DNA of 64,000 bases, taken from NCBI GenBank assembly GCA_041496385.1, contig JBGQEL010000003.1:49799-113798 (forward strand), written 5' to 3'. Made by a program: the position numbers and the translations under genes. This document shows, piece after piece, positions 19,737-29,943 of this stretch. Numbering within the stretch: the first letter of the stretch is position 1; every line of letters begins with the position of its first letter. The stretch comes from Candidatus Methylomirabilia bacterium. Its GTDB lineage: Bacteria > Methylomirabilota > Methylomirabilia > Rokubacteriales > CSP1-6. The notes below the pieces were generated by a model that was not told where the DNA came from, did no database searches, and was given only the letters and a program-made list of their open reading frames with translations.

Positions 19737-22700
19737 TCACGGCCGGCGGATCCGCTCGGCGAGCGAGTAGACCGCCGGGAGAGCGGGCAGAGTCAGGAAC
19801 AGCGTCGAGACCAGTCCGCCCACGATGACCGTCGCCAGCGGGCGCTGGATGTCGGAGCCAATCCCCCGCGCGAGGGCCGCGGGCAGCATGCCGAGCGCGG
19901 CGACCAGGACGACGAGGAGGCACGGGCGGAACTGGACGCGCGCGCCCGTGATCACCGCGTCACGGACCGACACGCCTGGCTCGTGGCGCCGCCGGTTGAT
20001 CTCGGCGATGTAGAGGACGCCGCTCATGACCGCGACACCGAAGAGCGAGATGAACCCCACGGCCGCAGAGACGCTCAGGTTGATCCCGCGGAGGTAGAGC
20101 GCGACGAGGCCGCCGGCGAGCGAGAACGGCACGCTGACGAGCACGAGCGCCGCGTCGAGGGCCGAGCCGAACGCGACGTAGAGCAGCACGAAGATGAGTC
20201 CGATGGTGATCGGGATGATCACGACGAGCCGCTGGCGCGCGCGCTCGAAGTTCTCGAACTGGCCGCCCCACTCGACCAGGTAGCCCGGCGGCAGCCTGAC
20301 GCCGTCGGCGAAGCGCCGCTGCGTCTCGGCGACGAAGCCGCCCTGGTCACGGCCGCGGATGTTCGTGCGCACCGTGACCTGTCGGCGGTTCTCGCGGCGC
20401 GCGATGATCGTCGCGCCGTCGACGACGCGGATGTCCGCGAGCTGCACGAGCGGCACGCGCCCGCCGTCGCGCGTGGGGATCATGAGGTTGCCGATGGCCG
20501 ACGGGTCGGCGCGCGCCGCGGGGACGAAGCGCGCGACGACGTCGAAGCGGCGGTCGCCCTCGAAGACGGAGGTGATCGGGCTGCCGCCGAGCGCCAGGTC
20601 GATCACGTCCTGGACGTCGCTGACGTTGATGCCGTAGCGGGCGACCTGGAACCGGTTGATGGCGACCTGCAGCTGGGCCTGCTCGGATTCCTGCTCGATC
20701 GAGGTGTCGGCGGCCCCGCGCACCTCGCGCACGATCCCGAGTGTCTGCTGCGCCAGCGCCCGGAGCTGGCGGAGATCGGGGCCGCTGATGATGACGGCGA
20801 GGTCGGCCGACGAGCCCGTGGCGATCTCGGTGGACGTGTCGATGATCGGCTGGGTGAAGTTGAGCGCGACGCCGGGGATTTCCGCCCGCAGCCGGCGCGA
20901 CAGCTCGTCGACGAGGTCGGCCTTGCGCTTGCCGGGTGTCCACGTGTCGTAGGGGTGGAGGTCTACCAAGAGCTCATTGCGGTTCGGCCCGAAGGGGTCG
21001 GTCCCGGAATCGTTTCGTCCGGTCTGCGAGGTCACGAGACGCACCTCGGGGGACTGGAGCACCAGGGCGCGGATCCGCGCGGCGACCTCCGCCGATTTCT
21101 CCAGGGAGATCCCCGCGGGCAGGTTCGCGCGGATCCAGATGACGCCCTCGTCGAGCTGGGGAAGGAACTCGGTGCCCAGCTGGGCGCCGAGGTAGAGGGA
21201 ACCGCCGACGACCATCGCGGCGAGCGCGAGGGTGGCGACCGCGTGGCGCACGAGGACGCGGACGATGCCCTCGTACCGCGCGTTGATCCATTCGAGACCG
21301 GGGTGGCGGCGCGCGCGCGCCCGGTCGCCGTACAGGTACGTGGCGAGGGCCGGCACCAGGGTGAGGCTCAGCAGGAGCGAGCCCAGGAGCGCGAAGCAGA
21401 CGGTCATGGCCATCGGCGTGAAGAGGCGCCGCTCGACCCGCTCGAGGGTGAGCAGGGGAAGGTACGCGGCGATGATGATGACGAGCGAGAACAGGATCGG
21501 ACGCTGCACGTCGAGCGCCGCCCGCCGGATCCGGCCGACGACGCCGGCCTCCTCGAACTCGTGCGGCTTGCCCAGCGAGTGGATGATGCGCTCGACCATG
21601 ACGATCGTCGCGTCGACGATGATGCCGAAGTCGAGCGCGCCGATGCTCAGGAGGCTCAGCGAGATCCCCGTCAGCCGCATGCAGACGAGGGCGAAGAGCA
21701 GCGAGAGCGGGATGATCATCGCGGTCAGCAGGGCGGCGCGCACGCTGAGCAGAAAGAAGAGCAGGACGGTCACGACGACCAGGAAGCCCTGCAGCAGGAT
21801 GTGCGAGACCGTGCGGAGCGTGTTCTGCACGAGCTCCGTGCGGTCGTGGATGGGCACGAGCCGGACGCCCCGCGGGAGCCGCGTCGCGTTCAGCTCGTCG
21901 ACCGCACCGTGGATCTCGCGCAGCACCTCGCTCGGGTTCTCCCACCGCCGCATAAGGACGATTCCCTCGACGCCGCCCGCGCGGTCCGCCTGCCGGTCCA
22001 TGGCGAAGACGCCCGTCTGTGGCAGCGCACCCGTCCGGACGCGTCCGACGTCGCGGACGAACACGGGCACCCCCTTCTGGGAGTCGAGGACGACGCTCTC
22101 GATGTCCTCGCTCGAGGCCAGCAGGCCCGAGCCGCGGATGGCGAGCGACTGCTGGCCCATGTCGAGGAGCGCGCCGCCGGCGTTGCGGTTGTTGGCCCGC
22201 ACCGCGTCCGCGAGCTGGCGCACGCCGAGGCGGTACTTGTCGAGGGCCTTCGGGTCGAGCTCGATCTGGTACTGGCGGACGAGCCCGCCGAACGTCGCCA
22301 CGTCGGCGACGCCCGGTACCTGGAGGAGGCGCGGCGTCACGACCCAGTCCTGGAGCTCGCGCAGGCGCATCGCGTCGTAGCCGGCGCCTGCGAGCGCGTA
22401 GCGGTAGAACTCGCTGATGCCGCCCGTCAGCGGGCCCAGCGAGGGCGACACGCCGTCGGGCAGCTGCGCGTCGCGGAGGTGCTCGAGGACGAGCTGGCGC
22501 GCGAGGTAGTCGTCGGTGCCGTCGGTGAACGTCAGCTCGACGACCGAGAGGCCGAAGATCGTCCGCGAGCGCCGGCCGATCACGAACGGCGTGTTGTTGA
22601 GAACGCGCTCGATCGGCACGGTCACCCGCTGCTCCACCTCCTCGGCGGCGAAGCCCGGATAGAGCGTGATGACGACGACGGTCGGGTCCGAGATATCGGG

Positions 22701-22817
22701 ATACGCCTCGAGCTTGAGGTGGCTGAAGGACCAGACACCGGCCCCGACGATCACGAGCGCGGCCATGACGACGACGAGCCGGCGGGTGAGGGCCAGGCGA
22801 AGCAGCGCGGCGAGCAC
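19737..22817 (-). CDS. czcA: CzcA/CusA-family heavy-metal RND transporter (copy 2)
   Basis: EAYPDI, GALDFGIIVDATIVMVE, EFLPQLDEG, QRPLATVIVGG. Confidence 0.92.
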   Translation of the reverse strand: MLAALLRLALTRRLVVVMAALVIVGAGVWSFSHLKLEAYPDISDPTVVVITLYPGFAAEEVEQRVTVPIERVLNNTPFVIGRRSRTIFGLSVVELTFTDGTDDYLARQLVLEHLRDAQLPDGVSPSLGPLTGGISEFYRYALAGAGYDAMRLRELQDWVVTPRLLQVPGVADVATFGGLVRQYQIELDPKALDKYRLGVRQLADAVRANNRNAGGALLDMGQQSLAIRGSGLLASSEDIESVVLDSQKGVPVFVRDVGRVRTGALPQTGVFAMDRQADRAGGVEGIVLMRRWENPSEVLREIHGAVDELNATRLPRGVRLVPIHDRTELVQNTLRTVSHILLQGFLVVVTVLLFFLLSVRAALLTAMIIPLSLLFALVCMRLTGISLSLLSIGALDFGIIVDATIVMVERIIHSLGKPHEFEEAGVVGRIRRAALDVQRPILFSLVIIIAAYLPLLTLERVERRLFTPMAMTVCFALLGSLLLSLTLVPALATYLYGDRARARRHPGLEWINARYEGIVRVLVRHAVATLALAAMVVGGSLYLGAQLGTEFLPQLDEGVIWIRANLPAGISLEKSAEVAARIRALVLQSPEVRLVTSQTGRNDSGTDPFGPNRNELLVDLHPYDTWTPGKRKADLVDELSRRLRAEIPGVALNFTQPIIDTSTEIATGSSADLAVIISGPDLRQLRALAQQTLGIVREVRGAADTSIEQESEQAQLQVAINRFQVARYGINVSDVQDVIDLALGGSPITSVFEGDRRFDVVARFVPAARADPSAIGNLMIPTRDGGRVPLVQLADIRVVDGATIIARRENRRQVTVRTNIRGRDQGGFVAETQRRFADGVRLPPGYLVEWGGQFENFERARQRLVVIIPITIGLIFVLLYVAFGSALDAALVLVSVPFSLAGGLVALYLRGINLSVSAAVGFISLFGVAVMSGVLYIAEINRRRHEPGVSVRDAVITGARVQFRPCLLVVLVAALGMLPAALARGIGSDIQRPLATVIVGGLVSTLFLTLPALPAVYSLAERIRRP

Positions 22818-22829
22818 CGGGCGGCTCCG

Positions 22830-24011
22830 CTACTGGTCCTTGAGGAGCACCGCGCCGTCGACGACGACGCGGTCGTTCGGCTGCAGGCCGCTCAGGACCG
22901 ACACGGCCTGGCCGAGGCGGACGCCGGTCGTGACCTCGCGGCGCTCGAACTGCCCCGGCGCGCGCTCGAGGAACACGATGCTCCGGCCGTACTCCTGCAC
23001 GACCGCGGCGGCGGGCACCACGGGCAGGGGCCGCGTCCCGCCCGCGTGGTAGATGCTGCCGAACATCTCTGGGCGCAGGCGGCCCTTCGGGTTGGGCATG
23101 TCCACGTGGACCTTGAGGGTGCGGGTCTGCGGGTCGAGGACGTCGGCCATCCGCGCCACGCGGCCCGAGAACTTCTCGTCGGGGTAGGCAACGAGCGTGA
23201 TGTCCACGTGGTCGCCCACGTGGATCAGCCGCATGAACGTCTCCGGCACGTCGGACGAGACCCACACCGTGCTGAGGTCGACGATCGTCATCAGGGGCGC
23301 CGTGGTATCGGTGTTGAAGGAGACCGCCGCTCGGTTCTCGCCTGGCGCGACGTTGAGGTCGAGAATCTTGCCGCTGATGGGCGCGCGCACGAGAATCTGC
23401 TGCTTGAAGTCGGTCGGCTTCAGGCCGAGCAGCGCGAGCTTCCGCCACGTCTGCTCGCGAATCGCCTTGGCCACCTCGCCCGCGGACCGCGCCTGCACAA
23501 GGTCGTTCTCCGCCCCGAGGAGATCCTTATGCGCGACCGCTTTCGCCTCGTACAACTCGGCGGTGCGCCTGTAGTCTGCCTCGGACTTGGCCAGCGCCGC
23601 CTGTGTTTGGCGCTGCGACGCCTCGGCCTGGAGGTAGCCGGCGATCGCGGCATCGGCATCCGGGCTCTCCATGGCGAGCACGGGCTGCCCCTGCTCGACG
23701 GCGTCACCGAGCCTCACCATGACTTCGAGCACCCGGCCCGCCACAGGCGGCAGGACGCGCGAGACACGGTTCGGGTTGACCGTGACCCTGCCGGGCGCCG
23801 TGACCACGTCCTCGGGGACGTCGGCGACCCGCACGGATTCGACGCGGAGCTGCTTGAAGCGCGGCGAATCGGGCGGGACGACGATGTAGGCCGCGGTCTT
23901 CGGCGGCTCGCCGCTCCGGGGCGCCGCGGAGGGCTCGGACTCCTCGCCTCGGCCGCAGCCGACGGCCGCCAGGAGTGCACAGCCGAGGAGCATCGGCCGG
24001 AAGGCGCTCAC
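22830..24011 (-). CDS. RND periplasmic adaptor (CzcB-like, lipoprotein)
   Basis: Lipobox AVGC, alpha-hairpin, DPQTRTLKV, LRPEMF. Confidence 0.9.
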   Translation of the reverse strand: MSAFRPMLLGCALLAAVGCGRGEESEPSAAPRSGEPPKTAAYIVVPPDSPRFKQLRVESVRVADVPEDVVTAPGRVTVNPNRVSRVLPPVAGRVLEVMVRLGDAVEQGQPVLAMESPDADAAIAGYLQAEASQRQTQAALAKSEADYRRTAELYEAKAVAHKDLLGAENDLVQARSAGEVAKAIREQTWRKLALLGLKPTDFKQQILVRAPISGKILDLNVAPGENRAAVSFNTDTTAPLMTIVDLSTVWVSSDVPETFMRLIHVGDHVDITLVAYPDEKFSGRVARMADVLDPQTRTLKVHVDMPNPKGRLRPEMFGSIYHAGGTRPLPVVPAAAVVQEYGRSIVFLERAPGQFERREVTTGVRLGQAVSVLSGLQPNDRVVVDGAVLLKDQ

Positions 24012-24027
24012 AGGCAGGAAGGATACC

Positions 24028-27000
24028 TCAGGCCGTCGCCTCGGCGACTCCGGAGGTGGGCCCGTGGCGACGGGCGAGCAGCGCGTAGATCGACGGTAGA
24101 ACCAGGAGCGTGAGGATGGTGGACGAGACGAGACCGCCGATCACGACACGGGCGAGGGGCCGCTGAATCTCGGCGCCGATGCCGTGCGAAAGGGCGGCGG
24201 GGAGGAAACCGATCACCGCGACGATGCCGGCGACGACGATCGGCCGGAAGCGCAGCTCGCAGCCCCGGAGGATCGCGTCGTGGATGGGCAGGCCCTCGTC
24301 GCGCGCCTGCCGGATCGACGAGACGAGCACGACGCCGTTCAGCACACTGACGCCGAAGACGGCGATGTACCCGACCGCCGCCGAGATGTTGAAGTTCGTG
24401 CCCGACAGCCAAAGCGCGAAGGTGCCGCCGATCAGCGCGAAGGGCAGGTTCAGCATGATGAGGAGCGCGTCGCCGGCGGAGCTGAACGCGCCGAAGAGGA
24501 GGACGAAGATGATGAAGATGACGAGCGGCACGATGACGTAGAGGCGGGCCAGGGCGCGCTGCTGGTCCTCGAACCGGCCGCTCCAGACCATCCGGTACCC
24601 CGCGGGCAGCGTCACCGCGGCCTCGACCTTGCGCATGGCCTCCGCGACGAGGCCGCCCATGTCGCGTTCGCGCACGCTCCACTTGACCGCGAGCCGCCGG
24701 ACGTTGCCCTCGCGCACGATCTCCGCGAGCCCGTCGGTTTGCATAAATTCCGCCAGCTGGGACATCGGGATCCGCTCGCCGCTCGGGGCGCTCACCGTCA
24801 GGTTCTGCAGGCTCTGGATAGGATCGCCGGCGCCCGCGAGCCGCACGACAACGTCGAACTTGCGCTCCCCCTCGAAGAACTGCGTCACCGCGCGGCCCTT
24901 GGTCGCAGCCTCGATCACGTCCTGGACGTCCTGCACGTTGATGCCGTGGCGAGCGGCCGCGGCGCGATCCACGACGATCTGGAGCTGCGGGAAGCCCACG
25001 ACGTGGTCGTAGTCGAGGTCGGCGACACCGCGGACGTCCTTGAGGACGCGCACGATCTCCTTCGCCTTCGCGTCCATCACGAACATGTCCGGGCCGTAGA
25101 GCTTGATGGCCAGCTCACCCTTCACGCCGGCGAGCGCCTCGTCGACGTTGTCCTTGATCGGCTGGGAGAAGTTCGTCGTGATCCCCGGGATGTCTGCCAG
25201 GGCCGCCGTCATCGCGTCGACGAGCTGATCCTTGTCCTTGATCCGCCACTCCTCCCGGGGCTTGAGCCCGACGTAGAACTCGACGTTGTCCGGCGCTTCG
25301 GGGTCGGTGCCGTCGTCGGGCGCGCCGACCTGCGACACGACCACGCGTACCTCGGGGAAGGCGAGGAAGCGCTCGCGGATGTCTCGCGTGTACGGCCGGA
25401 CACCCTCGACCGAGATACCGACCGGAAACTTGACGCGGACCCAGAGGTCGCCCTCGTCCAGCTCCGGCAGGAACTCCTTGCCGAGGAACGTGAAGGCGAG
25501 GAGCGCGAGGGCGAGGCCGCCCGCTGCCATCGTCACGGGCACCGTCGGGCGGCGGACGCACCAGCGGAGGACCGGCAGGTAGGGCCGGCGGAGCCAGGCG
25601 AGGAGCGGGCTCTCGCGTTCCCGCGGAGGCCGGCGAAAGAAGAGGCTGGAGAGGACGGGGATCAACGTCAGCGTGAGGAGGAGCGAGCCGATCACGGCGA
25701 GGGAGATGGTCACCGCCATGGGCCGGAACAGCTTGCCCTCGACGCGCTGGAACGTGAGGATCGGGACGTACACGGTCATGATGATCAGGACGGCGAACGT
25801 GAGCGGGCGCGCGACCTCGAGCGCCGCGTGCTGCACCTCGCGGACTACGCGGTGGCCCGTGGGCCTCCTCTCGCCGAGGTGCCGCAGGATGTTCTCCGTC
25901 ATGATGACCGCGCCGTCCACGATGATCCCGAAGTCGATGGCGCCGAGCGACAGCAGGTTCGCGGGGATCCCGCGCAGGTCCATGAAGATGAACGCGAAGA
26001 GGAGCGAGAGGGGGATCGTGAGCGCGACGATGAACGCCGCGCGCAGGTTGTAGAGCAAGAGCGAGAGGAGCACGATCACCAGCGCGGCGCCCTCGAGTAG
26101 GTTCCGCAGCACCGTGGCGACCGTCGTCTTCACCAGGCGCTCGCGGCTGTAGTAGGGGCGGAGCTCGACGCCGCCGGGCAGGAGCTTCTGGATCTCGGCG
26201 AGCTTCGCCTTGACCCCCTCGAGGACCCGGTCGGGGTTCTCGCCCGTTCGCATCAGGATGATGCCCTGCACGAGATCATCGTCGTGGTCGCGGCCGAGCA
26301 TGCCGAGCCGGATGCCATAGCCGATGCCGACCTGGCCGACGTCACGGACGCGGACGGGCGTGCCCCGCTGCGCGGTGAGCACGATGTTCTCGATGTCGCG
26401 CGTGGACTGGATGAGGCCGATGCCGCGCACCGCCAGCGCGTACTGTCCGCGCGGGATGTAGCTGCCACCCGCGTTGGCGTTGTTCGCGGGGATCGCGTCG
26501 AAGATCTGCTTGAGCGTGAGGTTGTATGCGCGAAGCCGGGCCGGGTCGATCGTGACCTGGTACTGCTTGGCGCCGCCGCCCCAGGATACGACATCCGCGA
26601 CGCCGGGGACCTTGCGGAATTCGCGCTCCAGGACCCAATCTTGAAGTGCCTTCAACTCGTAGAGCGGCAACGCCGTCGACTCGAGGGTGTAGCGATAGAC
26701 CTCGCCGATGACGCTCGAGAGCGGGCCCAGGGCGGGCCTGGCGTCCGGCGGCAGCTCCGCGCGCGCGATCCGCTCCTGCGCCTGCTGGCGCGCCCAGTAG
26801 CGGTCCGTGCCGTCGGCGAACAGGATGCGGATGTTGGACAGACCGAGCTGCGACTCGGATTTGAGGAACGTGACGTTCGCGATCCCGTTCAGCTCGTTCT
26901 CGAGCGGGATGGTCAGGAGGCGCTCGACCTCCTCGGTCGCATGACCGGGCCACAGCGTGATCACGTCCACCTTGACGTCGCCGACGTCCGGGTACGCCTC

Positions 27001-27108
27001 GATCGGCAGTCGCCGGTAGGAGGCGATCCCGCCGGCGGTGAGGAGCAGCGCGAGCGCGACCGTGACGAAACGCTGGCGGAGGGCGAACGCGATGATGCGG
27101 CCGATCAC
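24028..27108 (-). CDS. czcA: CzcA/CusA-family heavy-metal RND transporter (copy 1)
   Basis: EAYPDV, GAIDFGIIVDGAVIMTE, EFLPELDEG, GAEIQRPLA. Confidence 0.92.
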   Translation of the reverse strand: MIGRIIAFALRQRFVTVALALLLTAGGIASYRRLPIEAYPDVGDVKVDVITLWPGHATEEVERLLTIPLENELNGIANVTFLKSESQLGLSNIRILFADGTDRYWARQQAQERIARAELPPDARPALGPLSSVIGEVYRYTLESTALPLYELKALQDWVLEREFRKVPGVADVVSWGGGAKQYQVTIDPARLRAYNLTLKQIFDAIPANNANAGGSYIPRGQYALAVRGIGLIQSTRDIENIVLTAQRGTPVRVRDVGQVGIGYGIRLGMLGRDHDDDLVQGIILMRTGENPDRVLEGVKAKLAEIQKLLPGGVELRPYYSRERLVKTTVATVLRNLLEGAALVIVLLSLLLYNLRAAFIVALTIPLSLLFAFIFMDLRGIPANLLSLGAIDFGIIVDGAVIMTENILRHLGERRPTGHRVVREVQHAALEVARPLTFAVLIIMTVYVPILTFQRVEGKLFRPMAVTISLAVIGSLLLTLTLIPVLSSLFFRRPPRERESPLLAWLRRPYLPVLRWCVRRPTVPVTMAAGGLALALLAFTFLGKEFLPELDEGDLWVRVKFPVGISVEGVRPYTRDIRERFLAFPEVRVVVSQVGAPDDGTDPEAPDNVEFYVGLKPREEWRIKDKDQLVDAMTAALADIPGITTNFSQPIKDNVDEALAGVKGELAIKLYGPDMFVMDAKAKEIVRVLKDVRGVADLDYDHVVGFPQLQIVVDRAAAARHGINVQDVQDVIEAATKGRAVTQFFEGERKFDVVVRLAGAGDPIQSLQNLTVSAPSGERIPMSQLAEFMQTDGLAEIVREGNVRRLAVKWSVRERDMGGLVAEAMRKVEAAVTLPAGYRMVWSGRFEDQQRALARLYVIVPLVIFIIFVLLFGAFSSAGDALLIMLNLPFALIGGTFALWLSGTNFNISAAVGYIAVFGVSVLNGVVLVSSIRQARDEGLPIHDAILRGCELRFRPIVVAGIVAVIGFLPAALSHGIGAEIQRPLARVVIGGLVSSTILTLLVLPSIYALLARRHGPTSGVAEATA

Positions 27109-28220
27109 TTGGCGGTCTTCTTCAGCAGGATGCTGCCCTGGGCGACCACGAGGTCATCGCGCGTGATCCCGGCCAGCACCTCGACGGCACCGTCGACGTC
27201 GGCGCCCAGCTTGACCGGCCGGCGCGCGTACCCGTCCTTCGCCGTCTGCACGAGCACGAAGGTTTCGCCGTCCGCCCGGTGGACGGCGCTCTGCGGGACG
27301 GCCAGCACCGTCGGCGAGCCGGTGCCGATGGTGACCTTCACGAACATCTCGGCCTTGAGCGCGCGAAGACGGTTCGGCACGACCGCGCGGACCTTCACCG
27401 TCCGCGTCTCCCTGTCCACGCTGTCGCTGATGTAGGTGACGCGGCCCTCGTAGCGCTCGCCGGGGCAGCAGGGGAGCGTGACGGACACCGCCTGCCCGAG
27501 CCGGACGCGCGCGACGTCGGGCTCGTAGACGTCGGCGAGGATCCACATGCTGGAGAGGTCGGCGATGACGAAGAGATTCGTCGGTGTGTCGGACTGGCCG
27601 AAGGCGACGACCTGGCCGGGCGTGACGTTGCGCTCGACGACCACGCCGCTGCGTGGCGCCGTCACGATGATCCGCGTTCCGGCATCGGCACGGCTCACGG
27701 CGGACTCGAGCTGGTCCCCGCCCACGCCGAGCGTGCGGAGACGCGCGGCGGCCCGCTCCCGCTCGGCGACGGCCTTGCGCGAGTCGTTCTCCGCCTCGCG
27801 CACCTCCTTCTGGGCGATCGCCTTGGCCTCGAAGAGCTCGCGCGCCAGCGCCAGCGCCTTCTGGGCGCGCTCGCCGTCGGCGACGGCCTTGGCGTAGTCG
27901 CTCTTCGCCTGACCGAGATCCGCGCTGTCGATGGCGAAGAGGCGCTGGCCCGGCTCGACGGCGTCGCCCGGGCGGGCGAAGACCTCGATGACCCGTCCCG
28001 TCGCCGGCGCCTGCACCCGGGCGAGGTGCTCCTCGTCGAATTGCGCCTTGCCGCTCGTTTCGATGCCAGAGGCGCGCGTCCGGTACTCGGGATGCACCGT
28101 CTTCACCACGGCCGGGGCCTCGGCGGTCGACGCCGGCGCGGCGGGTGGTACGGAGCCGGCGTCACCGCAACCCGACGTCAGCGCGGCGATCAGGAGGAGG
28201 GAAAGGGTCCGATACATCAT
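27105..28220 (-). CDS. RND periplasmic adaptor (CzcB-like, lipoprotein)
   Basis: Lipobox TSGC, DRETRTVKVR, LKAEMF. Confidence 0.9.
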   Translation of the reverse strand: MMYRTLSLLLIAALTSGCGDAGSVPPAAPASTAEAPAVVKTVHPEYRTRASGIETSGKAQFDEEHLARVQAPATGRVIEVFARPGDAVEPGQRLFAIDSADLGQAKSDYAKAVADGERAQKALALARELFEAKAIAQKEVREAENDSRKAVAERERAAARLRTLGVGGDQLESAVSRADAGTRIIVTAPRSGVVVERNVTPGQVVAFGQSDTPTNLFVIADLSSMWILADVYEPDVARVRLGQAVSVTLPCCPGERYEGRVTYISDSVDRETRTVKVRAVVPNRLRALKAEMFVKVTIGTGSPTVLAVPQSAVHRADGETFVLVQTAKDGYARRPVKLGADVDGAVEVLAGITRDDLVVAQGSILLKKTAK

Positions 28221-28221
28221 G

Positions 28222-29466
28222 CTAGTTCCCAAGCGAGCCGCCCACGGCAGTCTCGAGCAGATACAGCGCGGTCCAGTAGTTGGCGAGCGCGCGCAGGTAC
28301 TCGAGCGAGGTCTCGCGATACGTGCGCTGGGCGTCGAGGAAATCGAGGAGGCTCACGCCGCCGCGCCGGTAGGCGAACTCGACGGTGTCGCGCGCCTGCT
28401 GCGCCTTCGGGAGGTAGGTGTCGCGGAGGAGCATGAGCTTCTGACGCTCGGTCACGAGCGCACCCAGGGCCGTGTCGACCTCGGCGAGCGCCTGGACGGC
28501 CACGGCCTGCCGCACGGCGTCCACCCGGTTCACCTCGGCGCGGGTCCGCGCGATCTCGCCCTGGTTGCGGTCGAAGATCCGGATCGGCACGCTGAAGCCG
28601 AAGCCGAAGGTCTGCTCGTTCGCGTCGGTGCGCTTGTACTCGAGCTGCGGGGTGACGTCCCACCAGGCGTTCGCGCGCGCGAGGTTGACGTCGGCGCGCG
28701 CCTTCTCGCGCGCCGCCTCCGCGACACGGATGTCGGGCCGGTTGTCGAGCGTCATCCGGTAGAGCTCGCTCCGCGAGGGTGCCAGGTCCCGGAAGCCCAG
28801 CTCCCCCTCGACCTCGAAGTCGTCGGCGATCCGCTCGGGCCCTGCGACGGCCCGAAGTGCCACCTTCGCGGCGGTCGCCGCCTGCCGGGCGTCCGCCGCG
28901 TCGCGCTGGAACTGGTAGGTCTGGACTTGAAGGCGCAGCAGCTCGAGCTCGGAGATGTCGCCCTTCTCGGCGCGCAGGCGCTGGAGCCGCTCGACGTCCT
29001 CCAAGGCCTTGAGGTTCTGCTCGGCGAGCGCCAGGCCGGCCCGGGCAGCGAGCGCATCGGTGAACGCCTTCTTCACCTGGAAGACCACCTGGCGGCGCGC
29101 GTCCTGCAGCTCCGCCTGGGTCACGCGCGTCTGCGCCCGCGCGCTGTCCAGCCGCCGCTGGCGCTTGCCGCCGAGCTCGATCGGTTGGCCAAGCGTCGCG
29201 GTGTGCTCGATGAAGACGTTGCTGCTGGCGCCGTACTTCTCGCTCGTGTACGACGCGGTCGGGTTCGGGATGAGCCCCGCGGTGATCTCGCCGGCGCGCG
29301 TCGACTCGACCTCGAAGCCCTTGGCCCGGAGCGCCGCGTTCTCGCGCAGGGCCAGCTCCACCGCCTGATCGAGCGTCAGGCGCGCGAATCGATCCTGGGC
29401 GCTCGCCCGAGCGGCGACGCCGATGAGCACGAGCATGCAGACCGCCAACACGAGAAACCGGGCCAT
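28222..29466 (-). CDS. TolC-family outer membrane factor (CzcC-like)
   Basis: QPIELGGKR, PIRIFDRNQG, YRRGGVSLLDFLDAQR. Confidence 0.92.
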   Translation of the reverse strand: MARFLVLAVCMLVLIGVAARASAQDRFARLTLDQAVELALRENAALRAKGFEVESTRAGEITAGLIPNPTASYTSEKYGASSNVFIEHTATLGQPIELGGKRQRRLDSARAQTRVTQAELQDARRQVVFQVKKAFTDALAARAGLALAEQNLKALEDVERLQRLRAEKGDISELELLRLQVQTYQFQRDAADARQAATAAKVALRAVAGPERIADDFEVEGELGFRDLAPSRSELYRMTLDNRPDIRVAEAAREKARADVNLARANAWWDVTPQLEYKRTDANEQTFGFGFSVPIRIFDRNQGEIARTRAEVNRVDAVRQAVAVQALAEVDTALGALVTERQKLMLLRDTYLPKAQQARDTVEFAYRRGGVSLLDFLDAQRTYRETSLEYLRALANYWTALYLLETAVGGSLGN

Positions 29467-29514
29467 GAGCCTCCCCCGCGAATGTGATGCGACCGAACGG
29501 GTGCGACGGGGTCG

Positions 29515-29895
29515 TTACGCGGAGGCGGAGGCGTCGGCGAGGGACGAGCGGGCGAGCGTGATGCGGTAGACGAGCGCGGCGGGCGAGCTCGACGCCGTGG
29601 CGGTGACGCTCTCCGGACGCTGGAGCCGGAGCGCGGGGCTCACGCCACCGGCGAAGGCCAGGTGCATGTCGAGCCAGGGCTGCCCCTGGCCCGCGAGAGG
29701 CTGCGTCCGCTTGATGTCGTGCTTCGCCTCGGCCGGGTGCTGGGGCGTGACGGCCGGGCGCGGCGCCACGGGGAAATCCGAGCCGTCGATGTCGAGCACC
29801 TCGAACAGGATGAACGAGAACACGAGGACGACGCAGGCGAGATAGACGGCCCGCAAGCGGCTCGAAGCGTGACCATCGCGCGTGCGCCGCACCAT
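29515..29895 (-). CDS. Small hypothetical single-TM protein heading the czc operon
   Basis: One TM followed by FEVLDIDGSDF; GATAAT -10 six nt before ATG 29895. Confidence 0.6.
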   Translation of the reverse strand: MVRRTRDGHASSRLRAVYLACVVLVFSFILFEVLDIDGSDFPVAPRPAVTPQHPAEAKHDIKRTQPLAGQGQPWLDMHLAFAGGVSPALRLQRPESVTATASSSPAALVYRITLARSSLADASASA

Positions 29896-29943
29896 GCGCG
29901 GATTATCCCACAAGCGCTGGCGCGTCCACTATCATCGTCGGCG

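Noticed and set aside
19983..24113. 1376-aa plus-strand ORF and other long antisense ORFs
   Set aside because: Shadow frames of GC-rich genes on the opposite strand; no recognisable domains.
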